Assembly (NCBI GenBank): GCA_029932605.1
Contig: JAOZPT010000028.1
Coordinates: forward strand, 1 to 30,289
Reading direction: 5' to 3'
Length of the DNA stretch: 30,289 bases
From: Candidatus Zixiibacteriota bacterium
GTDB taxonomy: Bacteria > Zixibacteria > MSB-5A5 > UBA10806 > 4484-95
This document shows positions 20,034 to 30,289 of this stretch, piece after piece (the stretch's first letter is position 1; each line of letters opens with the position of its first letter). Both the position numbers and the translations under genes were made by a program. Under the pieces are notes generated by a model. The model made no database searches and had not been told where the DNA came from. It saw only the letters and a list, made by a program, of their open reading frames with translations.

Positions 20034-20464
20034 ATATTTCATTTGAATTTTCTGACAGAAGATTCAAACTTCCTGTCGGTGAGATAAAAAAAGTTTTACG
20101 AAGGCTTTCAGATGATAACAAGGTTCGTGGTGATCTGCTTATCGTTTTTAGTAAGGACAGTCAAATGAAGGACTTAAATCACCGTTTCAGGGGCAAAAAT
20201 AAGTCTACCGATGTTTTAGCATTTAACCTTGCGGATAGTGTGACGAAGAGGTATATTGAGGGTGAAGTTTATGTTAATTTGCAGATTGCCAGAAGGCGGG
20301 TTTATGATATCGGGGTAGATTACTTTGAGGAAGTAACCAGGCTTTGCCTTCATGGCTTTTTGCATCTTTTGGGTTATGACGATAAGAAAGCCAGAGACAA
20401 AAAAGAAATGTGGATGGTTCAGGAAAATTATTTAAAGGGAATAATTGATGGAGAACAAGGATAG
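20030..20464 (+). CDS. ybeY: rRNA maturation RNase YbeY
   Basis: MKDLNHRFRGKNKSTDVLAF, GEVYV, HGFLHLLGYD. Frame is open upstream of ATG 20165; proposed ATA start at 20030 (see findings). Confidence 0.88.
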   Translation: MNISFEFSDRRFKLPVGEIKKVLRRLSDDNKVRGDLLIVFSKDSQMKDLNHRFRGKNKSTDVLAFNLADSVTKRYIEGEVYVNLQIARRRVYDIGVDYFEEVTRLCLHGFLHLLGYDDKKARDKKEMWMVQENYLKGIIDGEQG

Positions 20465-21359
20465 CCCAGAGCCTCCCAGTAGAAAAAAGGGGCTACTACG
20501 TATTTCGTTAGCGATCAAAAACTTTTTGGAAATATTTTCCAAAAAATATGCACCCGCTAAACCTTCCTCTGACCAGAGAGACACTCTTATAGAAAAATCT
20601 ATTGAGGAGTTTTCCAGTCATGTGTCTAACAATAATATCATGCTTGAGGAAACCGCCAAGGAGATGATCTATGGTGTGGTGGAGATATCTGAAAGAGCGG
20701 TTAAAGAGATAATGGTCCCGCGTGTAGATATTAAGGGGGTTGAACTTGGAACACCACTAAAAGAGGTTATAGAATTAGTAAAAAAAACAGGTCATTCGAG
20801 GTTCCCTTTCTATAAGGAATCTTTAGATGATATAAGAGGTATCCTTTATATAAAAGATATTTTCGTAGATGGACTGACATCCGGGGATGTTCTTGTTGAT
20901 ACGAAAACTCGACCGGCATTCTTCGTACCCGAAAACAAGAAAGTTAGTGAGCTGCTGAAGGAGATGAAGAAGAGAAAGGTTCATCTTGCCATAGTAGTGG
21001 ATGAATATGGCGGAACAGCTGGTCTGGTAACGCTTGAGGATATCCTTGAGGAAATAGTGGGTGAGATTGAGGATGAGTATGATAAGGAAGCTCTTCCGGT
21101 TAAGAGAATAGATGATAAACATTATTCAGTAAAGGGTGGTTTGCCCATTCATGACCTTAATGAGGAGCTTGATTTAGAACTTCCCGAGGACCAATTTGAG
21201 ACCGTGGGAGGAGTCATTTACGATATAGTGGGCAGTCTTCCCAAACAAGGGACCATAGTCGACTACAAGGGGTTAAAGTTTATTGCGGATAAAGTGGTGG
21301 GGCAACGTATAACCAGAGTTATCGTAGAACTACCTTCCGATAAGAGCTCACAAGAGTAA
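20448..21359 (+). CDS. CBS-pair/CorC-HlyC transporter-associated domain protein
   Basis: VKEIMVPRVD, GHSRFP, AIVVDEYGGTAGLVTLEDILEEIVGEIEDEYD, ETVGG; no multi-TM N-terminal domain; follows ybeY. Confidence 0.9.
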   Translation: MENKDSPEPPSRKKGLLRISLAIKNFLEIFSKKYAPAKPSSDQRDTLIEKSIEEFSSHVSNNNIMLEETAKEMIYGVVEISERAVKEIMVPRVDIKGVELGTPLKEVIELVKKTGHSRFPFYKESLDDIRGILYIKDIFVDGLTSGDVLVDTKTRPAFFVPENKKVSELLKEMKKRKVHLAIVVDEYGGTAGLVTLEDILEEIVGEIEDEYDKEALPVKRIDDKHYSVKGGLPIHDLNEELDLELPEDQFETVGGVIYDIVGSLPKQGTIVDYKGLKFIADKVVGQRITRVIVELPSDKSSQE

Positions 21360-21649
21360 TATATAAACTACCAACCAGTTATTAACCAATATATGTTAAA
21401 AGTCAGTTTGAATAAGTTGTCTTTGCATTAAAATGAAAATCCACTACTTGACGATTTTTCTAAAAATAGGGGAAACTTTTTGATGTTTTTAATTGGATAA
21501 TTAAGGCCTCGCTGTTGTAATTTTGGATAATAGGAACATCCTTAAACTCTTTCGCAACAACAGGAGGCCCGGATGAATTTAACAAAAATAACAGGTAAAT
21601 TGAAAGCACAAATTCAGATTTTTTCGGGAAACTCCAAATAATTTTCCCC

Positions 21650-21678
21650 TTGACACGTTTACTCTATATTTTTATATT
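21650..21678 (+). promoter_or_regulatory. sigma-70-type groESL promoter
   Basis: TTGACA (21650-21655), 17-bp spacer, TATATT (21673-21678). Confidence 0.8.
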
Positions 21679-21692
21679 CGGCGGGAACAAAA

Positions 21693-21719
21693 TTAGCACT
21701 CCCTTAGTAAGAGTGCTAA
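21693..21719 (+). promoter_or_regulatory. CIRCE element (HrcA operator)
   Basis: Exact TTAGCACTC-N9-GAGTGCTAA upstream of groES. Confidence 0.97.
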
Positions 21720-21799
21720 TAAAGAAATATAACTAGCTGTAATTCAACAAAGTAGGAATTGGGCTGAGCCCTCTGAACCACTAAAAAAGGAGGATGTTA

Positions 21800-22084
21800 A
21801 TGAAGGTTAAACCGCTGTCTGACCGGGTACTGGTTAAACCACTTGAGGAAATGGAAATGAAAAAGGGTGGAATCATTATCCCGGATACCGCTAAAGAGCG
21901 ACCGATGCAGGGTGAGATAATTGAGGTCGGTCCTGGACGTACTGAGGATAGCAAGAAAATCGATATGGAAGTTAAAAAAGGTGACAAGGTTCTATATGGT
22001 AAATATTCCGGTACTGAGGTAACGATAGATGACGTTGAATATCTAATAATGCGCGAGTCTGATATCCTCGCCATTTTGGCTTAG
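21800..22084 (+). CDS. groES: co-chaperonin GroES
   Basis: [44 protein letters not shown] 21800 is 6 nt from SD AAGGAGG. Confidence 0.98.
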   Translation: MKVKPLSDRVLVKPLEEMEMKKGGIIIPDTAKERPMQGEIIEVGPGRTEDSKKIDMEVKKGDKVLYGKYSGTEVTIDDVEYLIMRESDILAILA

Positions 22085-23740
<1,656 letters not shown>

Positions 23741-23766
23741 ACCGCACTATAAGCTTCAAAATATAT

Positions 23767-23800
23767 AGGGGCGTAAATCAATACGCCCCTTTTGATTTTT
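23767..23800 (+). terminator. groESL intrinsic terminator
   Basis: AGGGGCGTA-aatcaa-TACGCCCCT followed by TTTGATTTTT, between convergent genes. Confidence 0.85.
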
Positions 23801-23845
23801 CATGCGGGGTCCGATACGTTGTTATTCTCAGTTAGTTAATAGACC

Positions 23846-25171
23846 TTAAGAACCCACCTTCATCCTTTTCACCATCAATGTGGGAGAATTGAACCTTCTG
23901 TAAAAAGTGATATCATCACAGATCGCTACCAGACCATCTAAAATCTCCTCAACACTGGCGGCGATAGTAACATTAGCCACCGGTTTTATCCATTTGCCGT
24001 TTTTAACAAGTATACCATTTATGCCAGCTGAATACTGTCCATTTATACTGTTAAGTCCCCAACCCTGGGTATCCTCAACGATGATACCTTTCTTGCACGA
24101 TGCCACAATATCCTCGACCTTATCATTGCCTGGAGCAATGTATAAATTACTTGGCCAGATATCGGGGAAAGAATTATAGTCATGTCTTAAGGCGGAGGCG
24201 GTTGAACCAACCCCAGCTTTAGCAGCGTTTTTGGTATCATACATAAAATTACAGAGAATACCCCTTTCTAAAAGAGTCAGTTTCATTGAGGCTGTTCCTT
24301 CATCATCGGCAGGACGGCTGGCGATTCCTCGAGACATTAAAGCGTCATCGTAAACTGTAAAATTATCCACAGCAACCCTTGTCCCCTTTTTCCCGGCAAG
24401 GAAAGATGAACCTTTAAGGTTATTTTCTCCGTTGAGAGCAAAACTTAAACCCCAGAGAATGGAAAGGGCAGCTTGGGGTGTAAAAATTATTTCATAATCC
24501 CCGCCCGTAACAGTGGTGCCACCGATAAGCCTAACAGCCCTGGAGGCAAACTGTTCTACAATTTCGTCAGGTTTGGGTAGGTCACTAAAATGCCGGGCAG
24601 ACACGTCCCCCTCGCCTGGATACATCTCGCCCTTTTTCGAAGCCACAACCGATATCTTAACATTATAAGAAGTTGATTCATAACTCACCTCCACACCCTT
24701 TGAATTAACAAGCGTATGAGTGGTTATTGTTTCATTATAGGAGACGCCGTTTGATTTTTTAATAAGAGGATCATATTTTAAAGCCATCTCTTCGAGATTT
24801 AATAAGTAATCGATCTTACTTTCGACCGGTATGTCTATGAAGCTGGAATCGAAAATATCTAAATCGTATTTATAGTTTTGCGGTCCCGGTAAAGTGGCAA
24901 ATTTATCTTCACCAGTCTTCTTGGCAAGCTTGGTTAACCGGGAGATTATGTTGTCTATTGCTGAATTAGATGTGTCGGTAGTGTGGGCAAATGCCGATTT
25001 CCCAAATGAAAAAAACCTGATAGCCAGACCACCTGGAGTTGCCTTTTTAACTGATTCAACTTTGCCATCTCTTACAGATATCGATAATGTTTTTTGAGAA
25101 AGGTCAAAGACCTCAGCCATCTCAGCACCTGCCCGAATACACTTATCGAGTATTCTATTTATGGAATTCAT
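23846..25171 (-). CDS. TldE/PmbA family subunit (copy 2)
   Basis: GAEMAEVF, PADDEGT, LLERGIL, GQYSAG, PVANVTIA; no HExxxH and no signal peptide; downstream of tldD copy 2. Confidence 0.88.
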   Translation of the reverse strand: MNSINRILDKCIRAGAEMAEVFDLSQKTLSISVRDGKVESVKKATPGGLAIRFFSFGKSAFAHTTDTSNSAIDNIISRLTKLAKKTGEDKFATLPGPQNYKYDLDIFDSSFIDIPVESKIDYLLNLEEMALKYDPLIKKSNGVSYNETITTHTLVNSKGVEVSYESTSYNVKISVVASKKGEMYPGEGDVSARHFSDLPKPDEIVEQFASRAVRLIGGTTVTGGDYEIIFTPQAALSILWGLSFALNGENNLKGSSFLAGKKGTRVAVDNFTVYDDALMSRGIASRPADDEGTASMKLTLLERGILCNFMYDTKNAAKAGVGSTASALRHDYNSFPDIWPSNLYIAPGNDKVEDIVASCKKGIIVEDTQGWGLNSINGQYSAGINGILVKNGKWIKPVANVTIAASVEEILDGLVAICDDITFYRRFNSPTLMVKRMKVGS

Positions 25172-25180
25172 TGTTTCCTC

Positions 25181-26683
25181 CTAAACGCTTCCACCTACCG
25201 TTATCCCTTTGGCCACCCTGACTGTAGGTATGCCGGCAGTTACCGGTACCCATTGACCTTTTCCGCATATTCCAACTCCAAGCCTGAGATCGTTGCCCAC
25301 AGCATCGATATTTGATAAAACATCAATACCTTTGCCGATTAGAGTTGCACCCGACACCGGTGTTGTCACTTCACCATTTTCAATCAAGTAAGCCTCACGC
25401 ACTATGAAGTTGAACTGGCCTGATATTATATCAACAGAGCCACCTGAAAGAGCTTTAACATAAATACCCTTTTTAGTGTCAGCAATGATATCCTCGGGAT
25501 TTGAATCACCGTTATCCAGGAAAGTATTGGTCATCCTCGGGATAGGATAATGCCTATAAGATTCCCGACGGCCATTGCCAGTGGGTGACACCCCCAACAT
25601 CTTTGACGAGATTAAATCTTGCATGAACCCAATAACCACACCCTTTTCGATAAGCACGTTTCTCCGACCGAACGTACCTTCATCATCGAACTCAGTAGTG
25701 CCGCGTGCGTTTGGCCAGGATGAATCATCAATCAATGTTACCAACCTCGAGCCCACTTTTTTGCCGAGTTTGTCAGCATATATCGAGGTCCCCTTGTAGA
25801 TGAAATCAGCTTCAAGACCATGTCCAACAGCTTCGTGGATGAGCACTCCTCCCCAGCCGGGGTGAAGGACAACTGGCATTACTCCTGACGGTGCCGGCTT
25901 AGCCTCAAGCATATTAACCGCCTCTTCGGCAGCATTAATAGCAGCCTCAACGATATCATTGTCATCAAAAAATTCGAAACCCTGATGCGCCGAAATGCGA
26001 TACCTTCCCTGGTGGCGGACGCCATTTTTTTCAGCTAAAACTTGAATCACAACCCATATTAACGGTATTTCGTTTTCTATGCGAAGGCCATTTGAATTAG
26101 CGATGCTTCTCTTTCTTAACTGGTCATAGTAGGTAATATCAACCTGTTTTATGTTCGAGTTGTAATTTCTAGCAACCTCCTCGGCTTTTTGTACAAGTTC
26201 CATCTTCTGTTTTTCGCCTACCGTCTCAATCGGTATTTTTACGGTAACGGTTCCGGGGGACTCAACCCTGGCAGGTTCAGCGATCTTGGTTACCTGGTTG
26301 ACTGAAGCGATGTGGGCAGATGTTTTAGCGGCCTCGAGAGCGCCGGAGAAATCATAATCGTTAATGTAAGCATAGCCATTCTTATCACTATCGACAGTTC
26401 TAACACCCACACCTTTCGAGAGACCAATAGTGGCTGTGGAAAATAATCTCTCGGACATCTTAAATGATAATGATGTTACTTGTTCGATGAAAACCTCAGA
26501 GAAATCACCACCCCGTGTCAAGGCATTTGATAGTATGGCGGCAATCTGTGTTTCATCGAAACCGGGTTTAACTGCTGGTGAACAACCGATGTCGGCCAAC
26601 ATGCTGAAAAGTCCTGGTCCAACGGCGGCTGTGGCAGATATGGCTGCCGTTTTCTTTAAGAACTCTCTTCGGTCTATTTCCAT
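25181..26683 (-). CDS. tldD: TldD family metalloprotease subunit (copy 2) with twin-arginine signal peptide
   Basis: DRREFLK signal; GGDFSEVFIE, HEAVGHGLEAD, FDDEG, TGNGRRESY, PRMTNT, CGKGQ; SD GGAGGTGA. Confidence 0.92.
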   Translation of the reverse strand: MEIDRREFLKKTAAISATAAVGPGLFSMLADIGCSPAVKPGFDETQIAAILSNALTRGGDFSEVFIEQVTSLSFKMSERLFSTATIGLSKGVGVRTVDSDKNGYAYINDYDFSGALEAAKTSAHIASVNQVTKIAEPARVESPGTVTVKIPIETVGEKQKMELVQKAEEVARNYNSNIKQVDITYYDQLRKRSIANSNGLRIENEIPLIWVVIQVLAEKNGVRHQGRYRISAHQGFEFFDDNDIVEAAINAAEEAVNMLEAKPAPSGVMPVVLHPGWGGVLIHEAVGHGLEADFIYKGTSIYADKLGKKVGSRLVTLIDDSSWPNARGTTEFDDEGTFGRRNVLIEKGVVIGFMQDLISSKMLGVSPTGNGRRESYRHYPIPRMTNTFLDNGDSNPEDIIADTKKGIYVKALSGGSVDIISGQFNFIVREAYLIENGEVTTPVSGATLIGKGIDVLSNIDAVGNDLRLGVGICGKGQWVPVTAGIPTVRVAKGITVGGSV

Positions 26684-26787
26684 ATCACCTCCAATGTCTT
26701 TTAATGAAAAGAATAATCATGATTAAATTATGTCAATCATTTTTTTATTCACTGATTGTCGATTTGTTTTATTCTTGACATTTTTGA

Positions 26788-26815
26788 TTGACATAAATAT
26801 TTGGCTTGGTAATAT
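26788..26815 (+). promoter_or_regulatory. probable promoter of the M50-HlyD gene
   Basis: TTGACA (26788-26793), 16-bp spacer, extended -10 TGgTAATAT (26807-26815). Confidence 0.55.
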
Positions 26816-26877
26816 TACATATATGGATTAGTGGATTTTCAAAAGGCATTTTAATAAAAATCCATAAGGAGGCTTTT

Positions 26878-29163
26878 ATAACAAAGCGGTTTTTTAGGTT
26901 CAGAGATGACCTGGAAATATCCCAACAGGAATCGTTTGGAGTAAAGTTCTATATCATTAAGGATCCTATCAGTGGTAAGTTCTATCGCTTAAAGGAAAGA
27001 GAATATTTTATCGCCAACCTTTTTGATGGTCGAAATGATGTTGATACCATCGCCGAGAAATTTTCTGCTGAGTTTAACTTGAAAATAAACGCCGAACAGA
27101 TTGAGATTTTTGGAAAGAAACTTTCCGATACCGGCCTTGTTGAAAAGATGGAGTTTGCCAGTAAACCCACCGGTATAGGTCGAAAAAGGTCGCTTTTAGG
27201 GAAACTGCTTTTTATAAAGATAAAAGCTTTCAATCCCGAAAAACTGGTTGAAAGAACCTATAAACTGGCCCGCCCTTTTTACAGTAAATCTGCTGTAAAA
27301 CTGTATATCCTGCTTGTTATCCTTGCCGCCGTAACGACAATAGCAAACTATACCGATTTGAAAAACCAGGCCCTGCGCTTCTTCGTCCCCGGTATCATAC
27401 CGCTTGTCTGGGTGACGATACTTTTCGTAACCCTTCTGCATGAGATGTCTCATACCTATAGCTGCCGGTTACAAGGGGGCAGAGTGACTGATATGGGATT
27501 TTTGCTTCTATATTTCCAACCCTGCTTTTATAGCAATGTCTCCGATGCCTATCTTTTTCCTGAGAGGAAAAAACGGATAGCGGTTACCATCGCCGGTATA
27601 ATCAGCCAAATAGTTGTCTGGGCGCTGGCAGTTTATATTTGGCGGATAACCTCGACCGACAACATAATAAACAGCATAGCCTTCATAGTAATTGTTCTTT
27701 CGTTTATAGGTATTACATTCAATTTAAATCCGCTGTTAAAATTAGATGGTTATTACTTTTTGGTGGATTTCTGGGAGATACCCAATTTGCGATATAAAGC
27801 GTTTTTGTTTTTACGACAAAAACTATTGGGTTTAGCCCCCGACGAACAACGTTTGCAGGTAACACGCCGTGAGCAGAAAATCTTTTTATATTATGGTACG
27901 GCAGCATTGATTTACTCGGGTATATTGATTGGATATATAGTGTATCGAGTAGGGAAATTCATAAACGGTCAGTTTGGCGTTTTTGGAGTGGTATTTCTGG
28001 CAATGGTTTTATTATATTTGGTTTTCGATGCTATGAACAAAGGGAAGATATTTCAGGTGGCATATAACCAGAGAGGGGCAATACTTAAACCCGGACGACT
28101 GCTGACATCCGGCGCCGTGCTGGTTGTTATCTTACTGGCACTAATCTTCATAAAAGCTCAATTACGAATAACAAACAATTGTTTGATTCTGCCCTTAGAG
28201 CAGGTTAACCTTCGCTCAACCTCACCCGGTTCGGTAGAATTGTTGGTGGAAAGAGCAAATGAGAAAAAGAGATTAAAGCAATTTCAGCTGGTAGGCCAGG
28301 ATTTCTCGGTTCTTTCAATTGACCCCAAGTTAAAAGTAGGTGATACAGTCAAGTCCGGTGACCTGATAGCCAGCATTGAATCTAACATTTACGAATCTCA
28401 GAAGCTTGAGCGTTACGCTAACCTTCAGAGAGCCAGAAGGCAGCTTGACCTTTTAGAAAAAGGACCTCAAATCGAAGAAGTAAAGCAGACCGAGGATATA
28501 ATAAAACAGGTTCGCTTAAAATTTGAAAAATCGTCTCGTGACCTGCTTCGCGCGGAGAGTTTATTTGCCAAGGGGATGATTTCGGCTGATGAAATCGACG
28601 ACACCAGAACGGCAAATCAGGTGTTGAAATCCGAGCTTGATTTTTACAAAAACCAGCTTGCCCTTTTAAAGAGGGGAGCCCGTCCCGAGGAGCTCGATAT
28701 GGCCCGGGCTCAGGTCAGCCAACTTGAGGCCAAACTCAAACATATGGAAAGCCAGCTTGAACAAACGATAATAGAATCGCCTATCGACGGAATCGTCACC
28801 AAGGTAAACGAGGACAACACAATTATTTCCATCGCCCGATTGGATACGGTCAGGGTTCGGATATATGTGCCTGAAAAAGAGATTTCGGTGGTTTCCGCTG
28901 GCAATAAAGTCAAGATGAAGGTGCGCTCTTTCCCCGGATTGGTTTATTCAGGGATTGTCACCCGAATCGATCCTCTTGTGGTGGATGACACTGAGCAAAA
29001 GCCGGTGATAGTAGTAACCGCCAATGTGGCAAACAGCGAGGGGCTTTTAAAACCCGGTATGACAGGCAAAGCCAAAATCAACTGTGGGAAAAAACCGTTA
29101 TACCGGCTAATTCTCTGGCGGTTGGTGAGATACTTGAGAGTTGAGTTCTGGTCATGGTGGTAA
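26878..29163 (+). CDS. PqqD/RRE-like domain + M50 site-2 peptidase + HlyD-type membrane fusion protein
   Basis: N-terminal FRDDL..YIIKDP..FDG..L..GLV; HEMSH; NLNPLLKLDGY; coiled coil with GARPEEL; IESPIDGIV; LKPGMTG. ORF track starts at TTG 26806; proposed start ATA 26878. Confidence 0.85.
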   Translation: MTKRFFRFRDDLEISQQESFGVKFYIIKDPISGKFYRLKEREYFIANLFDGRNDVDTIAEKFSAEFNLKINAEQIEIFGKKLSDTGLVEKMEFASKPTGIGRKRSLLGKLLFIKIKAFNPEKLVERTYKLARPFYSKSAVKLYILLVILAAVTTIANYTDLKNQALRFFVPGIIPLVWVTILFVTLLHEMSHTYSCRLQGGRVTDMGFLLLYFQPCFYSNVSDAYLFPERKKRIAVTIAGIISQIVVWALAVYIWRITSTDNIINSIAFIVIVLSFIGITFNLNPLLKLDGYYFLVDFWEIPNLRYKAFLFLRQKLLGLAPDEQRLQVTRREQKIFLYYGTAALIYSGILIGYIVYRVGKFINGQFGVFGVVFLAMVLLYLVFDAMNKGKIFQVAYNQRGAILKPGRLLTSGAVLVVILLALIFIKAQLRITNNCLILPLEQVNLRSTSPGSVELLVERANEKKRLKQFQLVGQDFSVLSIDPKLKVGDTVKSGDLIASIESNIYESQKLERYANLQRARRQLDLLEKGPQIEEVKQTEDIIKQVRLKFEKSSRDLLRAESLFAKGMISADEIDDTRTANQVLKSELDFYKNQLALLKRGARPEELDMARAQVSQLEAKLKHMESQLEQTIIESPIDGIVTKVNEDNTIISIARLDTVRVRIYVPEKEISVVSAGNKVKMKVRSFPGLVYSGIVTRIDPLVVDDTEQKPVIVVTANVANSEGLLKPGMTGKAKINCGKKPLYRLILWRLVRYLRVEFWSWW

Positions 29164-29289
29164 AAATTGCTTACTATGTCTCAAAATGATAGACGTAGAG
29201 AGTTATGGTTTATCGACTTAATAATTAACAGCATTATATTTACCGTTGTACATTTAGTTTTCCCAACTTTTTAATTGCAGGAAATTGTC

Positions 29290-30186
29290 ATGGGTAAGAT
29301 AAATATTCGCAGATGCCAAAGGAAAAATCTCCTGCCGGCATTAAGACTGATGAGAACATGTGTTAATCATCTCAGACGGAAGACTGGTAAGGAGCCATTT
29401 AGATGGCGAATAAGTAAAATCCCTCCTTTTTTCGACCATCTGTTAAAAACTGACCCCAATACATTTTATTGCGCTATCAGTGGTGAAAAAATAATCGGTT
29501 TTGCAGGAGCGATAATTCGAGGGAAGCAGTGGTATCTTGCTTACCTGTTCGTTCATCCTCGTTACCAGAATAAAGGGCTTGGCAAAAAGCTTATACAGAA
29601 AGTCTGGCTTGATAGTCAAGGTATGTCTCATGGTCTTTGCACATTTGCTTTTAATATGCAGGCGGTGGGACTTTACAGCAAGGTCGGCCTGATGCCTTTG
29701 TGTAATCTCCTCTGGATGGAGATCGTGCCCGATAGATTAAAGAAGTTAAAACCCACTGGCTTGAAAATATATGACACCATTACCAGAGCTGATATAACCT
29801 GGATAAACAAACTTGAAAGCAAAATCAGAGGTTATCCTCATCCATCCGAATGGAGATTTTGGGTAAAAGACGATTTGTATAAGCCCCATATACTTAAATA
29901 CAGAGGTAAAAGGGTAGGTTATAGCGTAATTGGCGATGATTACCAGATAGCCCCAGCTGGCGCTATCTCAAATGATTATCTGTTAAAGGTGATGAATGAA
30001 ACGCTCCGTGTGGTCAAACCCAAAAAGGGAGGTAAAGTAAAGCTCTGGTGTCCTACGCTTAATATCAACCTTTACCGTTTTCTTATCGATATTGGATTTC
30101 GGGCCAGTGAGATGGAGATATTTATGGCGGATAAGCCCTATCCCGACTGGCAGAGATATGTCCCGGCAACCCTGGCTGTGATTTAA
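29290..30186 (+). CDS. GNAT family N-acetyltransferase
   Basis: IIGFAG, LFVHPRYQNKGLGKKL (motif A), N..AVGLYSKVG; ATG 29290 after CAGGA. Confidence 0.85.
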   Translation: MGKINIRRCQRKNLLPALRLMRTCVNHLRRKTGKEPFRWRISKIPPFFDHLLKTDPNTFYCAISGEKIIGFAGAIIRGKQWYLAYLFVHPRYQNKGLGKKLIQKVWLDSQGMSHGLCTFAFNMQAVGLYSKVGLMPLCNLLWMEIVPDRLKKLKPTGLKIYDTITRADITWINKLESKIRGYPHPSEWRFWVKDDLYKPHILKYRGKRVGYSVIGDDYQIAPAGAISNDYLLKVMNETLRVVKPKKGGKVKLWCPTLNINLYRFLIDIGFRASEMEIFMADKPYPDWQRYVPATLAVI

Positions 30187-30289
30187 TTTATATATGATTA
30201 ATGGAAGTTTTTTGTAACATAATCTTTATGTTGAATTCTACTGACGGATTGCAAAAAATTCATGATTGAATTAACGCCAGAACCATACT

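Overview
AT-rich bacterial chromosome segment from a diderm organism; a TonB-dependent receptor, an outer-membrane barrel and a YPNPFN-type C-terminal sorting domain suggest an FCB-group lineage (inference only). Left to right: (1) a cobalamin riboswitch ahead of a BtuB-like receptor and a BtuG/YncE-like beta-propeller; (2) rpmE-DUF1385-prfA, five tightly coupled genes (membrane protein, TldD, TldE/PmbA, OM beta-barrel, 74-aa twin-arginine peptide), then prmC; (3) a GAF-AAA+ sigma-54 enhancer-binding protein followed by two palindromic candidate enhancer sites, an IHF-consensus site and a -24/-12 promoter, upstream of an apparently catalytically dead GxxExxY protein, an unannotated 34-aa Lys-rich (KKKAT)4 peptide and a terminator; (4) vanZ-like, aspS, phoH, 7TM-HD phosphodiesterase, ybeY, CBS/CorC; (5) CIRCE-controlled groES-groEL; (6) a second TldD/PmbA pair whose TldD has a Tat signal, divergent from a PqqD/RRE-M50 peptidase-HlyD fusion and a GNAT. 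The strongest candidate for an undescribed system is module (3). Two genes appear to start at non-canonical ATA codons. No tRNA, rRNA, CRISPR array or mobile element was recognised. All family assignments are from motif recognition by eye, not database searches.
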